A DNA stretch of 64,000 nt. Source: a virus. Its lineage: Duplodnaviria > Caudoviricetes. A program made the translations under genes and the position numbers. Below, piece after piece: positions 41,053 through 51,013 of the stretch (the stretch's first letter is position 1; the number at the start of each line of letters is the position of its first letter). The stretch spans positions 34,257 to 98,256 of IMG/VR virus record IMGVR_UViG_3300001580_000011, one strand, 5' to 3'. The notes under the pieces were generated by a model. The model was not told the origin of the DNA, did not search any database, and saw only the letters and a program-made list of their open reading frames with translations.

Positions 41053-42076
41053 AGAATTCAAATCCTTTCTAGGACTACCTGGTGCTGGAGAAATACATCG
41101 CTGTTACTATCCATTAAAGTGTGATACCTATGGTCGTGGCTGTTCGAATAACTGTTCTTACTGTTATTCGAAATCTGTATTGTTCTTTCGTAATTTGTGG
41201 GATAATGAGAATCCTGCCACGATAGACCCCAATAAATTAGATAAGATTCTATATGATTCTCTTGTCAATGATAAGAAGGGTGATATACCATCTTATATTC
41301 GACACAGGCAACCTTTACGTCTTGGTGCTATGACCGATTGTTTCTCCGATGCTGAGATAGAAAATGAAACTACTTATAAGGTTCTTCAAATTCTCAAGAA
41401 GTATAAGTACCCGGTACTTATTCTTACAAAGAACAAGTTAGTAGCTACGGACAAGTATCTCAAGGTACTTGACCCTGATCTTGGGTATATCCAATTAACC
41501 ATTACTACTCCGTATGATGATATTGCCGCCTTGTATGAGGAAAAAGCCAGCTCTACTACGGAAAGATTGGAGGCCTTGAAGATACTTGGTGATGCTGGAT
41601 TTGCTACCGCAGTAAGAATCAATCCAATGTTTCCCATGTACAAGGATGGGCACTTTTCCCGTGGTGTTAAATCGGAGAAGTTTAAGTATTTCGATTGGAC
41701 ACTGATTGACTTGATAAAGAAGTATAAAGGGCAGACCGTTATTGCTGGTTTTGTCCGTTTATCATCATGGAACATTCGTTGGATAAAAGAAAAGACGGGT
41801 GAGGACTTATCGTGGTTGTTCGATCAGGACGAGAAACAAAAGAATAGTGCCTTACACTTTACCCTTGAAGAAAAACGGTATTACTATGAGAAGGCCAAGA
41901 AACAATGTGATAAGTTAGGATTGGATTTCTCCGTTTGTTATGATGGGGATGATTCCTATGATGAATTTAGATACCTTTGGAAGAATCAGGATGATTGTTG
42001 CAACGGTAAAGGTAGGATAAAAGGATTTACTGTTGCATGGGATTTTGAGAGAATGAAGTTAGGAAAAATGAAATAA
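41045..42076 (+). CDS. Radical SAM protein (spore photoproduct lyase-like)
   Basis: GCSNNCSYCY, RLGAMTDCF, ILTK, ERLEALK..RINP. Confidence 0.82.
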   Translation: MNKEFKSFLGLPGAGEIHRCYYPLKCDTYGRGCSNNCSYCYSKSVLFFRNLWDNENPATIDPNKLDKILYDSLVNDKKGDIPSYIRHRQPLRLGAMTDCFSDAEIENETTYKVLQILKKYKYPVLILTKNKLVATDKYLKVLDPDLGYIQLTITTPYDDIAALYEEKASSTTERLEALKILGDAGFATAVRINPMFPMYKDGHFSRGVKSEKFKYFDWTLIDLIKKYKGQTVIAGFVRLSSWNIRWIKEKTGEDLSWLFDQDEKQKNSALHFTLEEKRYYYEKAKKQCDKLGLDFSVCYDGDDSYDEFRYLWKNQDDCCNGKGRIKGFTVAWDFERMKLGKMK

Positions 42077-42188
42077 TATTAAGTACTTACATATAACATA
42101 TTGAAATGATTGAGGGTTCTTCGGAACCCTCTTTTTTTACAATTTATTGATATCATTACGGTATTTTTGATGTAACCTTGTTTACATA
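42073..42188 (+). repeat. Terminator-plus-early-promoter cassette, copy 2
   Basis: Direct repeat of 39224-39339. Confidence 0.85.
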
Positions 42189-42808
42189 ACACCTTGAATA
42201 TGTTATACTTATAGTATAAAAGTGAGAAATAAACCATATAAGGAAAGGAAAGTATGTTGAAAAAATTGATTGGAGAGGAATTGATTGGAATGTTTTATGA
42301 AACACTTTCTCGTGATTATGAAGGACGAGATTTCGAAATTCGTTTCGAGCACGCGAAGGGGGTTATCAATAGATATACGGATGAAGAAATACTTCGTGTC
42401 TATAATACAATGAAAAAGGAGCTTGGAAGATGAAAATTACAATTGAGATTAATACCAATAACGCGGCCTTTGAGGATAATGAAAACCAAATGAGAGACAT
42501 TATCGACCAGTTTTCTTTTATGTTTATTTCCGGTAAGGAAATTGGATATCTTTTTGATATCAATGGTAACAAAGTTGGAAATTTTAAAGTGGAAGATAAG
42601 TAATATTGATTGGATGAAAATACGGAAAGTAACTGAAAACTGTTTTATGAATATAGGAAATAAAATGTTGGTTCAATGTAAGAAAACTGGAAAATGGTAT
42701 GATCCTCAAAAGGAATGGGAACGTATCTGCAAAGAACAGTGGTTTATTAACCTTATGAAACGACTGAAAGATAAGTAAAATCAATAAGTTATATATTATA
42801 AAAACCGT

Positions 42809-42838
42809 GTTTACAAATAGTCAATAATATGGTATACT
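42809..42838 (+). promoter_or_regulatory. Early promoter
   Basis: GTTTACA-17-TATACT. Confidence 0.7.
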
Positions 42839-43091
42839 TCTAGTATAGAAAGTCAAGATTAACCCATAAAGGAAAGGAACAAATTATGGAAAATATGACA
42901 AACATTAAATGTAATTGTGGTCAAGTTGTTATTCAAATTCTTCAAAAAGAGATTTTCACCAAGCGCCCCATCGTTGACCTTCACACTGTAACCGAATTTT
43001 TCCAGAACAAAAACACCTACCCTATCGCCATTATGACCCCTCACCGTTGTAAAGAGTGGTGTGGAGCTGTTTATCTTACAAATAATTACAT

Positions 43092-43456
43092 TCGATAACA
43101 GGAGAGGAAAAATGAAAGTGATTGACAAGATACAAAAGAAGGTAAAAGAAAATTCACCTTTGAGGGTTGTAAAAGTCAAGATCATCAAGAGTGAGAAACC
43201 AGAAGCAAATGCAAGGGTTTATTTTTATACGGCAAATTCTGGTTTTTGGTTTGACCTGTTTTCCCGTGACAGATGGAAGAAACCCTACAAGGAATATCGG
43301 AAACTTTTACCCGATATTTTCAAGAGGGTTGGATGGGGGCCTTCGAAGGTAAACTGGAGCCAGTACGCAGGATGTTCTTGTGGATGTTCGCCCGGTTTCA
43401 TTGTTAAGGGTGTTAAGGGACTTGACATTCACGTTGATATCAGAAGGGTGTTATGA
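43092..43456 (+). CDS. Phage hypothetical protein
   Basis: WSQYAGCSCGCSPGF motif. Confidence 0.7.
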
Positions 43457-43475
43457 GATAATGAAAGGTGAAGTG

Positions 43476-43865
43476 ATGGACATTTTTCTTTTTCTTATGT
43501 TATTGATGTTGGGCCATTGGATTGGTGACTTTGTTCTTCAAAGTGATAGAATTGCCTTGGGTAAATCAGAACAGGCACACATTCTCGCCGAGCATTGCTT
43601 GGTTTACTCCGGTGTGATGGGTCTATACCTTTTTCTTATTGGGGCGGGGAACATTCCAATTGTTATGTTGGGTATGTTCTATTTGTGGATGTTCTTTACT
43701 CACTTCGCCATTGACTTTGTGACAGCCCGGGCGAACAAGAAACTATGGATGAACAATCAACGTCACTGGTTTTTTGTAATGGTCGGTTTCGATCAATTCT
43801 TACATATGTGTACAATCCTCATTTACATCAAGATGATGATCGCGACGGGGGTAAAAATTGGATAA
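43476..43865 (+). CDS. DUF3307-like membrane protein
   Basis: HWIGDFVLQ..H..THFAID..DQFLH. Confidence 0.8.
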   Translation: MDIFLFLMLLMLGHWIGDFVLQSDRIALGKSEQAHILAEHCLVYSGVMGLYLFLIGAGNIPIVMLGMFYLWMFFTHFAIDFVTARANKKLWMNNQRHWFFVMVGFDQFLHMCTILIYIKMMIATGVKIG

Positions 43866-45011
43866 TGGAAACCTTTTGGATTGTTTTTATTACCATCATT
43901 GTAATTGGTAGTCTGTTTTTACATAAAGCAATAGAGTTTGATAGGCTACCTGCTATATTCTATCTGATTATAGATGTTATTTTGACAGCAATGTTGACGG
44001 GGGTATGGTGGGTCTGGCATCGTCTATAAACGATTTTTTTCTCTTATTAGGGGTATAATGAGGGCAGGGAACAAATCGCCTTATAAACGAGCCTAGAGTG
44101 TCGAAACCCTGAATAATATCAGGTAGTTAGAAAGGAATAGTGTCGTAGAACCTCAATGATTTCAAGGGGTTGGAATGTAACAAATGTAACCAATGAAACG
44201 AATATTACAAGGGGTTCCTTGTTTACTTATTACAAAAAAGGATGGTATAATATTATGGTAAAGGAAAAAATTACGAAATGGAAGATGGTGGCGAAGTTCA
44301 ATGGTGAGCCGAAAGAAGAGGTTGAAATGATTCTTGAACGTTCAGAATTGATTGAACGTTTTGGAAAGCAGATGCCCGCCGTTGCAAATCCAGATTTCCG
44401 ATATATGGAATTGGAGATTGGCGAAATGTATATCATTGTGAAACCTATCAAAGAGGGTGGAAAGAAAAAGTAATGGAAAAGAAAAAACCTACAAGGTCTG
44501 GTGTTGGAAGTTGGTTGTTTGTTATTATACTATTCAACATATATCTTTATTATATTGCCATTCCTTCAATACCGACAACATTGAACTGGTCGGTTCCAGA
44601 AGCATACTTGTATATGAACCTCATTGGTCTTTCATTCAATTGGTTGATTGATGAAGTTATTTACTGGTATCAGACAAATAGATAGGAGAAAAAAGTAATG
44701 AAGATAAATGATTTTGTCATATATGCCTGTTATCTCCTTATCGGAACGACTATGGGTTGTGCCGGTCTTGGTATTGGTGACTGGCAGTTTTGGGTTATAG
44801 GTATATTGGCTATAATCGCTGTATCTGCTGAACAAATGAAATAGGAGTAGAAAATGAAAATTATAATTGAATTTTTTTCGTGTATAGGTTGCTACTATCA
44901 TCAGGAAGATGGTAGTGGCCGTGATAGATGTTATTATCACGGTGATGGTGATATTCTCTGGAACGTGGATGAAATTCCAGATGATTGCCCAGCAAGAAAG
45001 GATGCAGTAAA

Positions 45012-45413
45012 ATGAAAAGATGGAGATATTGGGGTAAAAGAAACAAGAAAGATAGTTTCGACCTCACGATTATGGTAGAAGTGCCTGGTGTAGATGGTGT
45101 TGACCGTGGTACTCCGTTGAAACATATTGAACGACACAGCCCTACCGGAATGGAATGGGGTTATATGGGCAGTGGTCCTTCTGACCTTGCCCTGTCGATA
45201 CTTGTTGATTATATTCTTCGATGCCGGAAAGCTCTTGGTAAAGAGTGCACGGAAGAGGAAGCGATCAGATTGGCAGACCGTCAGTATATGTATATGCAGT
45301 TTCGTGACAAGGTAATTGCAGTTGCTGACAGGAAACAGTTTTCAATTTCGTTTGATGATATCCGCACATTCATTCGTGAGAATTGGATGTTGACAGGGGG
45401 AAGGAATGGATAA
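45012..45413 (+). CDS. DUF6166-like protein
   Basis: HSPTGMEWGYMGSGPSDLALSIL. Confidence 0.75.
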   Translation: MKRWRYWGKRNKKDSFDLTIMVEVPGVDGVDRGTPLKHIERHSPTGMEWGYMGSGPSDLALSILVDYILRCRKALGKECTEEEAIRLADRQYMYMQFRDKVIAVADRKQFSISFDDIRTFIRENWMLTGGRNG

Positions 45414-46036
45414 TCTTTGGTTGGTTGGTTTTATTTTCACTCTTGCCTATATGGATTGGGATGATGCTAAGAAGTATAAAGACGGGAAAAAAGTTTTATG
45501 GTATATAATGTATATCTTCTTTGCTTTTATCGTTTGGCCCCTTGTTCTTGGTTTACATATCAGGTCAGATATCCAAAGCCTTCAAGAGAAGATAGAAAAT
45601 GGACGTAAAGATGGTTGAACAAAAAGTTGATAAGCTGGATACTATGTGGAGAAATTACAAACGTGGTATCGTATGTAACCTTGATGGTAGAAGTGCCGTG
45701 GTTGATCGTTTATCTTGTTATGAAGAAGAAATCAGGGTATTGATTTCACGATGGCCTGAAAAAGATATAAAACGTTTTAATGAACGTTTAGACCTGTTCA
45801 AGGTATGGAGAGAATCTGCAAATTGGATATTGAGGTGATATTAATGGAGATATGGATTATTGGAATAATGTTTAGTTTTTTTTACTGTGATATGGTATCT
45901 GGTAGTGAAACTATAGAAAGTCTAGGTTGGGTAAAGGTGATAGCGACGATCTTTTTTACTTTCTTTTTACTGGTGTTTTTCTGGCCTGCACTTTGTGGTA
46001 TTCAATTGAGATTAGATTTTAAGAGGTTATAATTAT

Positions 46037-46726
46037 ATGGCAGAAACCATTGTTTTTTGTGTACCCGGTAAAACTTTTTCTCATAATTTTATGAGAAGCT
46101 GGACCGATACGATTATTGAATGTAGAAAGAAAGACATCAATTTTCTTGTAAGTTGGGCGATAGGTGCTAATGTATATCAAGTAAGGAATTACTGTTTAAA
46201 TGGTAATCCAGGTTTGGGCCCAAATCAAAAACCCTTTCAAGGTCAGATCAAATACGACTACCTTATGTGGTTCGATTCGGATCAGGTATGGGGAGTAAAG
46301 GATTTTTTTATCCTGTTGGATACTATGAGAAAGAATACCGCTATTCAGATGTTGACCGGTGTTTATTCTATGGTAGCAGAAGGTGAAGCGTCCTTGACTA
46401 CTATCTGTAAACTGACAAAAGGCGAACACGGTCTTATTACCAATCAATTGTTGACGGTAGCAGATGTAAACGCTTTACCTCCCCTTGCGAAGGTGGATGC
46501 TGCTGGACTTGGTTTCTGTATGATGCGATCCGGTGTTATTGAGACTTTGGAATATCCGTGGTTTCGTCCTGTTTTTATTACAGATAAAAGAACGGGTAAA
46601 GAAGTTTATTTCTTAGCGGAAGATGTTTCATTGTTTATCAATTTGAAAGAAAAAAACATTGATCTTATTTGTGCATCAAAGGTCCGGGTCGGCCACGAAA
46701 AGGATAAGATTTACTATGTCAAATAA
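46037..46726 (+). CDS. GT-A fold glycosyltransferase-like protein
   Basis: DYLMWFDSD, GLGFCM, YPWF, EDVS, VGHEK. Confidence 0.8.
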   Translation: MAETIVFCVPGKTFSHNFMRSWTDTIIECRKKDINFLVSWAIGANVYQVRNYCLNGNPGLGPNQKPFQGQIKYDYLMWFDSDQVWGVKDFFILLDTMRKNTAIQMLTGVYSMVAEGEASLTTICKLTKGEHGLITNQLLTVADVNALPPLAKVDAAGLGFCMMRSGVIETLEYPWFRPVFITDKRTGKEVYFLAEDVSLFINLKEKNIDLICASKVRVGHEKDKIYYVK

Positions 46727-46740
46727 ATTTTTTTGAGGTT

Positions 46741-46770
46741 GTTTACATTCAAAAAGTGTTGTGATATAAT
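46741..46770 (+). promoter_or_regulatory. Early promoter
   Basis: GTTTACA-17-TATAAT. Confidence 0.7.
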
Positions 46771-46937
46771 GGTGAAAACGTCAAATAAAATAATATGACG
46801 TTTATTTATGATACAATGTTGATGCCTAGGATAGGCAATAAAAACACAGAATGTGACTACAAAGTATCAAAAAATTATGGTACGTTGCTGAAAAACAAAA
46901 TAAAACAACGTATCCAAAATGTAAAGGAGTTTTGTGT

Positions 46938-47954
46938 ATGAAGAAGTTTTTTGTATTTGTGATGTCACTTGTGATGGTGTTGTCACTAACTGGTATGGCA
47001 TTAGCCTTAGGCAACGACGGGAATATTACCGTGCACGATGGCCAGGCAAATACCGGTTCCAACGCTGTCCAAAATCAGGGTTCCGGTAATGTCAATACCG
47101 GTAATAACAATCAGTTTGGTGGTACTATGAATAATGGTGCTGGCGCTGGCCAGATTGTAACCAATCAAGGTGGTGCTGGTGGACAGGGTGGTGCCGGTGG
47201 TATTGGTATTGGTATTGGTATTGGTGGTAGCGCAAGCGCAACTATTCAGAACGGTGCTGTAAAGAACAACAATACTGATATTAACGTAAACAAAAATATT
47301 GGTATCAACAAACAGCAACAGGGTCAGATGCAGGGTCAGGCCATTGTTGGTTCTGGTAATAGTAAAAATACTATTGACAATAACAACGGTCAGAACATTA
47401 ATCCTCAGCAGAATGTAAATTTTATTTCTCCAGAGAACAAGCGTGATCTTCCGGGTTTTTATGGTTATCAGGCCCCCGGTCAGTTGGAATATCGCGGCCC
47501 TTATGAGAAGGGTATTCAATTGAAGGCAAAGCCTTGGTTGCTCAAGAGTGAATGGGGTAAGTCTGAAATTGAAGGTTTTTATTCAATGACCGATTCGGCA
47601 AAATGTAAGGTATATCCGGTAGCGAAGCTTCGGGATGCAACAGACGCTTTGAAGGTTTCCAAAGAAGGTCCGATCTCTTGTATTCTTGAGTGTACTGCCG
47701 ATAGTGGATTTGAACTGTGGGGCACGGTAGGTGTTGAAGCAATGAAGTGTGGTGCCAAGTCAATTGAAGAAGTTGTTTATACTGTTACATTTGCTAACAA
47801 GTCAAATGGTTGGAATGTTGGTATTGGTGGTGGTGTAACGGCTACCAACGGTGGTAATGATAATTACGGCGGTTCGGTCGGTGGCGGCACAGGTATCGGT
47901 TCCGTAACAACGGCTCCGGTTGAGAAGGTTTCGGCCATCTTTATTGCCAGATAA
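46938..47954 (+). CDS. Secreted Gly/Asn/Gln-rich protein
   Basis: Signal peptide ending ALA; low-complexity G/N/Q region. Confidence 0.75.
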   Translation: MKKFFVFVMSLVMVLSLTGMALALGNDGNITVHDGQANTGSNAVQNQGSGNVNTGNNNQFGGTMNNGAGAGQIVTNQGGAGGQGGAGGIGIGIGIGGSASATIQNGAVKNNNTDINVNKNIGINKQQQGQMQGQAIVGSGNSKNTIDNNNGQNINPQQNVNFISPENKRDLPGFYGYQAPGQLEYRGPYEKGIQLKAKPWLLKSEWGKSEIEGFYSMTDSAKCKVYPVAKLRDATDALKVSKEGPISCILECTADSGFELWGTVGVEAMKCGAKSIEEVVYTVTFANKSNGWNVGIGGGVTATNGGNDNYGGSVGGGTGIGSVTTAPVEKVSAIFIAR

Positions 47955-47987
47955 GATGTAAAATAACCAGTTATTTCAACTGTTTAC

Positions 47988-48024
47988 AGAGGGTTGGGAT
48001 GTAGTAATTCCAACCCTCTTTTTT
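47988..48024 (+). terminator. Intrinsic terminator
   Basis: AGAGGGTTGG...CCAACCCTCT followed by a T run. Confidence 0.7.
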
Positions 48025-48057
48025 ATCATAAATACTTGATATTAATACCTTTTTCCT

Positions 48058-48087
48058 GTTTACAAGTTACAAGAAATATGGTATAAT
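48058..48087 (+). promoter_or_regulatory. Early promoter
   Basis: GTTTACA-17-TATAAT. Confidence 0.7.
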
Positions 48088-48599
48088 ATATATATTACAG
48101 AATAGGGGATTTATGAAATGGAAAAGAATTGTAATCACTCACCTGTTGTTTTTGTGGATGAAAAGATATCAGTTGATGAAATCGTTAATCACTTTGTTGA
48201 AATACGAACAAAACCATTCAGGACTTTAGCGGGTTTTATGTATAACGGTGATATATTTTATAGTGATATTTATCACTATCTCAAGAACGTGATGAAGATA
48301 AAAAACACTTATGTACTGCATACCGTACATAGAGACGTGTGTGATAAATTGAGAGACAAACACTTTTTTATTCATTCGTAAAGGAGATATCAAATGACAA
48401 ATAAGGAAATGTGTGATCTGTTACAAAAGACAATAAATCAAATTCCAAGAGATACCAGTGATCAATTATTCATGCGAAGTATCTTATTTTCCGCTATGAA
48501 TGCCCTTGTTAACAATAAAACGAAAGAAGTGGCAAGTGCTATGTTGATTGTTCTTGCTTCAATGGATGAAATGATTGATGGTAATAGAGGGATGCTAAA

Positions 48600-49304
48600 T
48601 TGAAACAAATTGTTGTAATGGGGGATATTCACGGACATTGGGGCCCGGTAAACATCCTTCTTAATAAAAAATACGAGGAAATAGACCTCATTCTACAGTG
48701 TGGTGATTTTGGCCACTGGCCAAAATTTCACGGAAAGACGTATCTAACTGCACTTGGTCACAGACGTACAGAGGATAATTATGGTTTAAAGAACCATAAT
48801 ATTCCACTTCATTTTTGTGACGGTAATCACGAAGATCATCCTGCATTGAGGGAATGGAATGATGAAACCTGGACAGGAAAGAACGTTCATTATATGAAGC
48901 GTGGTTCTACCCTCACACTTGAGGATGGAAGAGTTGTTCTTTTTATTGGTGGTGCTAAGAGTGTAGACAAGAAATATCGCCTTGCTGGTCACGATTGGTT
49001 TCCGGAAGAGAGTATTACAGAGGGAGAACTTTATGGGCTACCCGACATTGAAGTTGATATAATTATCAGCCATACAGCGCCAAGAAAGTTCCCTGTCACT
49101 TATAATAGAGTTGGATTTGGTATTTCCGATTTCAAGGATGATAACAGGGACAAGCTGGATTATGTTTTGAATAAATATAAACCGAAATTATGGTTTTGTG
49201 GCCACTTTCACAAATACCTGACGGGTTTTACAAAAGGCTGTAAATGGACAATTCTTGATATGGCCGGTGGTGGTGGAAAGTGGTGGACATATCTTCCAAA
49301 TTGA
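48600..49304 (+). CDS. Calcineurin-like metallophosphoesterase
   Basis: GDIHG, GDFG, GNHE, SHT, GHFH. Confidence 0.9.
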   Translation: MKQIVVMGDIHGHWGPVNILLNKKYEEIDLILQCGDFGHWPKFHGKTYLTALGHRRTEDNYGLKNHNIPLHFCDGNHEDHPALREWNDETWTGKNVHYMKRGSTLTLEDGRVVLFIGGAKSVDKKYRLAGHDWFPEESITEGELYGLPDIEVDIIISHTAPRKFPVTYNRVGFGISDFKDDNRDKLDYVLNKYKPKLWFCGHFHKYLTGFTKGCKWTILDMAGGGGKWWTYLPN

Positions 49305-49346
49305 AAAACAGGACCTATAGAAGGTGTTAACATTTCAATATAAATA

Positions 49347-49501
49347 TGTAGTGGGGTGTATAAGAGCTGTATGGTGTGACATACGGTAGTAGATACAACG
49401 TATTGAGAGACTTTTCTGTCCAGCTGGCACGAAGAGGTGAAATACGTTTGATACACGCCAGACGGTTCAAATCCGTCCTCTTCAAGTATCACCCCACTAC
49501 A
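49347..49501 (+). ncRNA. tRNA-like structured ncRNA (~155 nt)
   Basis: 12-bp terminal stem; T-arm GACGG-TTCAAAT-CCGTC; TATAAATA immediately upstream. Confidence 0.65.
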
Positions 49502-49527
49502 ATATTCTTTATTTGGGAATAGCGAAT

Positions 49528-50064
49528 ATGAAATTATCGTTTATTATACCCGGTGATAAAATCCGGTTGTTAGAAGATGTTACTTTTGCAAAAGGTAACA
49601 GCTATGATCCTATTTTTGGACAATGGGAATCGCTTTCAAAGGGCACCGTACTCCAAGTTAGTCGGGTCTATATTCGAAAGAGTGGATGGTTTGATTCAAG
49701 CCTGACGTTCAAGATCGTGGAAGGGCCGGACGTTATGAGGGCTTCGCTTGCAAAATATGATTATCTCCGTAGTTATTACGAGGAATTGATAAAAGCTTGT
49801 AAAAATATATTGGTCGATCTCGATAGCCATTGTGCAGATTTTTATGTTGAAACGTGGATAGATACGAAATTTGTGAGAGAATATCATACCGGTAGTTATG
49901 AGAAATTTATCAATACTCTGCGAGCAAGGAATCATAGGAGCCAGCTTAAAGAAACAATTTCCAGATATCAAAAAATTATTGATGGGTTGAAATCGTCGAA
50001 GGTTTCGGAAGTAATTCGTATCCTTATCAAGGACATTCAAAATTGGGAAGTAGAGATTTTTTAA
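49528..50064 (+). CDS. Hypothetical protein
   Basis: GTVLQVSRVYIRK..SLTF. Confidence 0.6.
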   Translation: MKLSFIIPGDKIRLLEDVTFAKGNSYDPIFGQWESLSKGTVLQVSRVYIRKSGWFDSSLTFKIVEGPDVMRASLAKYDYLRSYYEELIKACKNILVDLDSHCADFYVETWIDTKFVREYHTGSYEKFINTLRARNHRSQLKETISRYQKIIDGLKSSKVSEVIRILIKDIQNWEVEIF

Positions 50065-50220
50065 GAGATAGCGAATGAATTGCCCTACTTGTAAGAACCC
50101 TGTCTGGAGAGACAAGGAAGAAAATATTATTATCAATCTGAACGATCTTACAGCAACGTCAGATAGATATTATAAGTGTTATCAATGTAATTCTTTGTAT
50201 ATATACAAGGACGGTAAATT

Positions 50221-50292
50221 GGCGGGAGAGCTGGGACTCAATGAGGGCTCATAACCTTCAATCGCAGGGATCGTTACCCTGGCCCGCTACCA
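50221..50292 (+). tRNA. tRNA-Met (CAT), atypical
   Basis: Anticodon loop CTCATAA and CCA end; short D-arm; T-loop ATCGTTA. Confidence 0.75.
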
Positions 50293-50293
50293 A

Positions 50294-50367
50294 TAAAATT
50301 ATGATACCATACGGCTATGTAAAAAGAGGTTAAAATTATGATACCATACGGCTATGTAAAAAGAGGT
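50294..50367. repeat. 37-bp tandem duplication
   Basis: TAAAATTATGATACCATACGGCTATGTAAAAAGAGGT twice. Confidence 0.9.
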
Positions 50368-50926
50368 TCGGGTAATATTCATCCTCATAATGAGTGTGGA
50401 ATTTGTGGTAAAGCCAGATTTTCGGCAAAGAAAGTCAGACAAAAATCCAGACAAGAAATTATGAGGGAGTTATCACACGATATGACAGAAGCAGAATGGG
50501 ATAAACTAGCAGAGATGTTTGAGGTTCAAGGATATGACACTGCAGAAGATAAACGAAGGGACACAAAAAGCGATTTATACGATAGCGGTGATAAGGACGG
50601 ACAATCCAAATAGGGATGAATCTTTCTCCATTGGAGAGGATCAAATCCGCACCGTTGCTTGGACAAGTGAATTGCCTGATGCTATGAGAATTGTGAGGGA
50701 CAATATAGGTGATATAGCTGAACTTGGACATTATAGCCTTGTTGTAATCGAGGAAATATACGAAGGTGTATATCCAACAGCAGCCAGACAATGGTGGGCA
50801 ATATGGGATAATAAATTACAAAAGTATATTCAAATCACAAGACCGAAACAGTATAAGAGATTTGGAAGGATTGGAATGTAATATTTTGATGTTAGATAAA
50901 ATCTTGTTTTGGATTGTAGGTAATAT

Positions 50927-51009
50927 AGGGCAGTAACGGAAGCGCCTTCTAAGCGCTGCATTATACCGTAATTGGAAGCATGAGGGTTCGACTCCCTCCT
51001 GCCCTGCCA
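50927..51009 (+). tRNA. tRNA-Arg (TCT) with a rearranged D-arm
   Basis: Perfect 7-bp acceptor, AGCGC-CTTCTAA-GCGCT, canonical T-arm, GCCA end; no D-arm at the normal position. Confidence 0.75.
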
Positions 51010-51013
51010 AATA

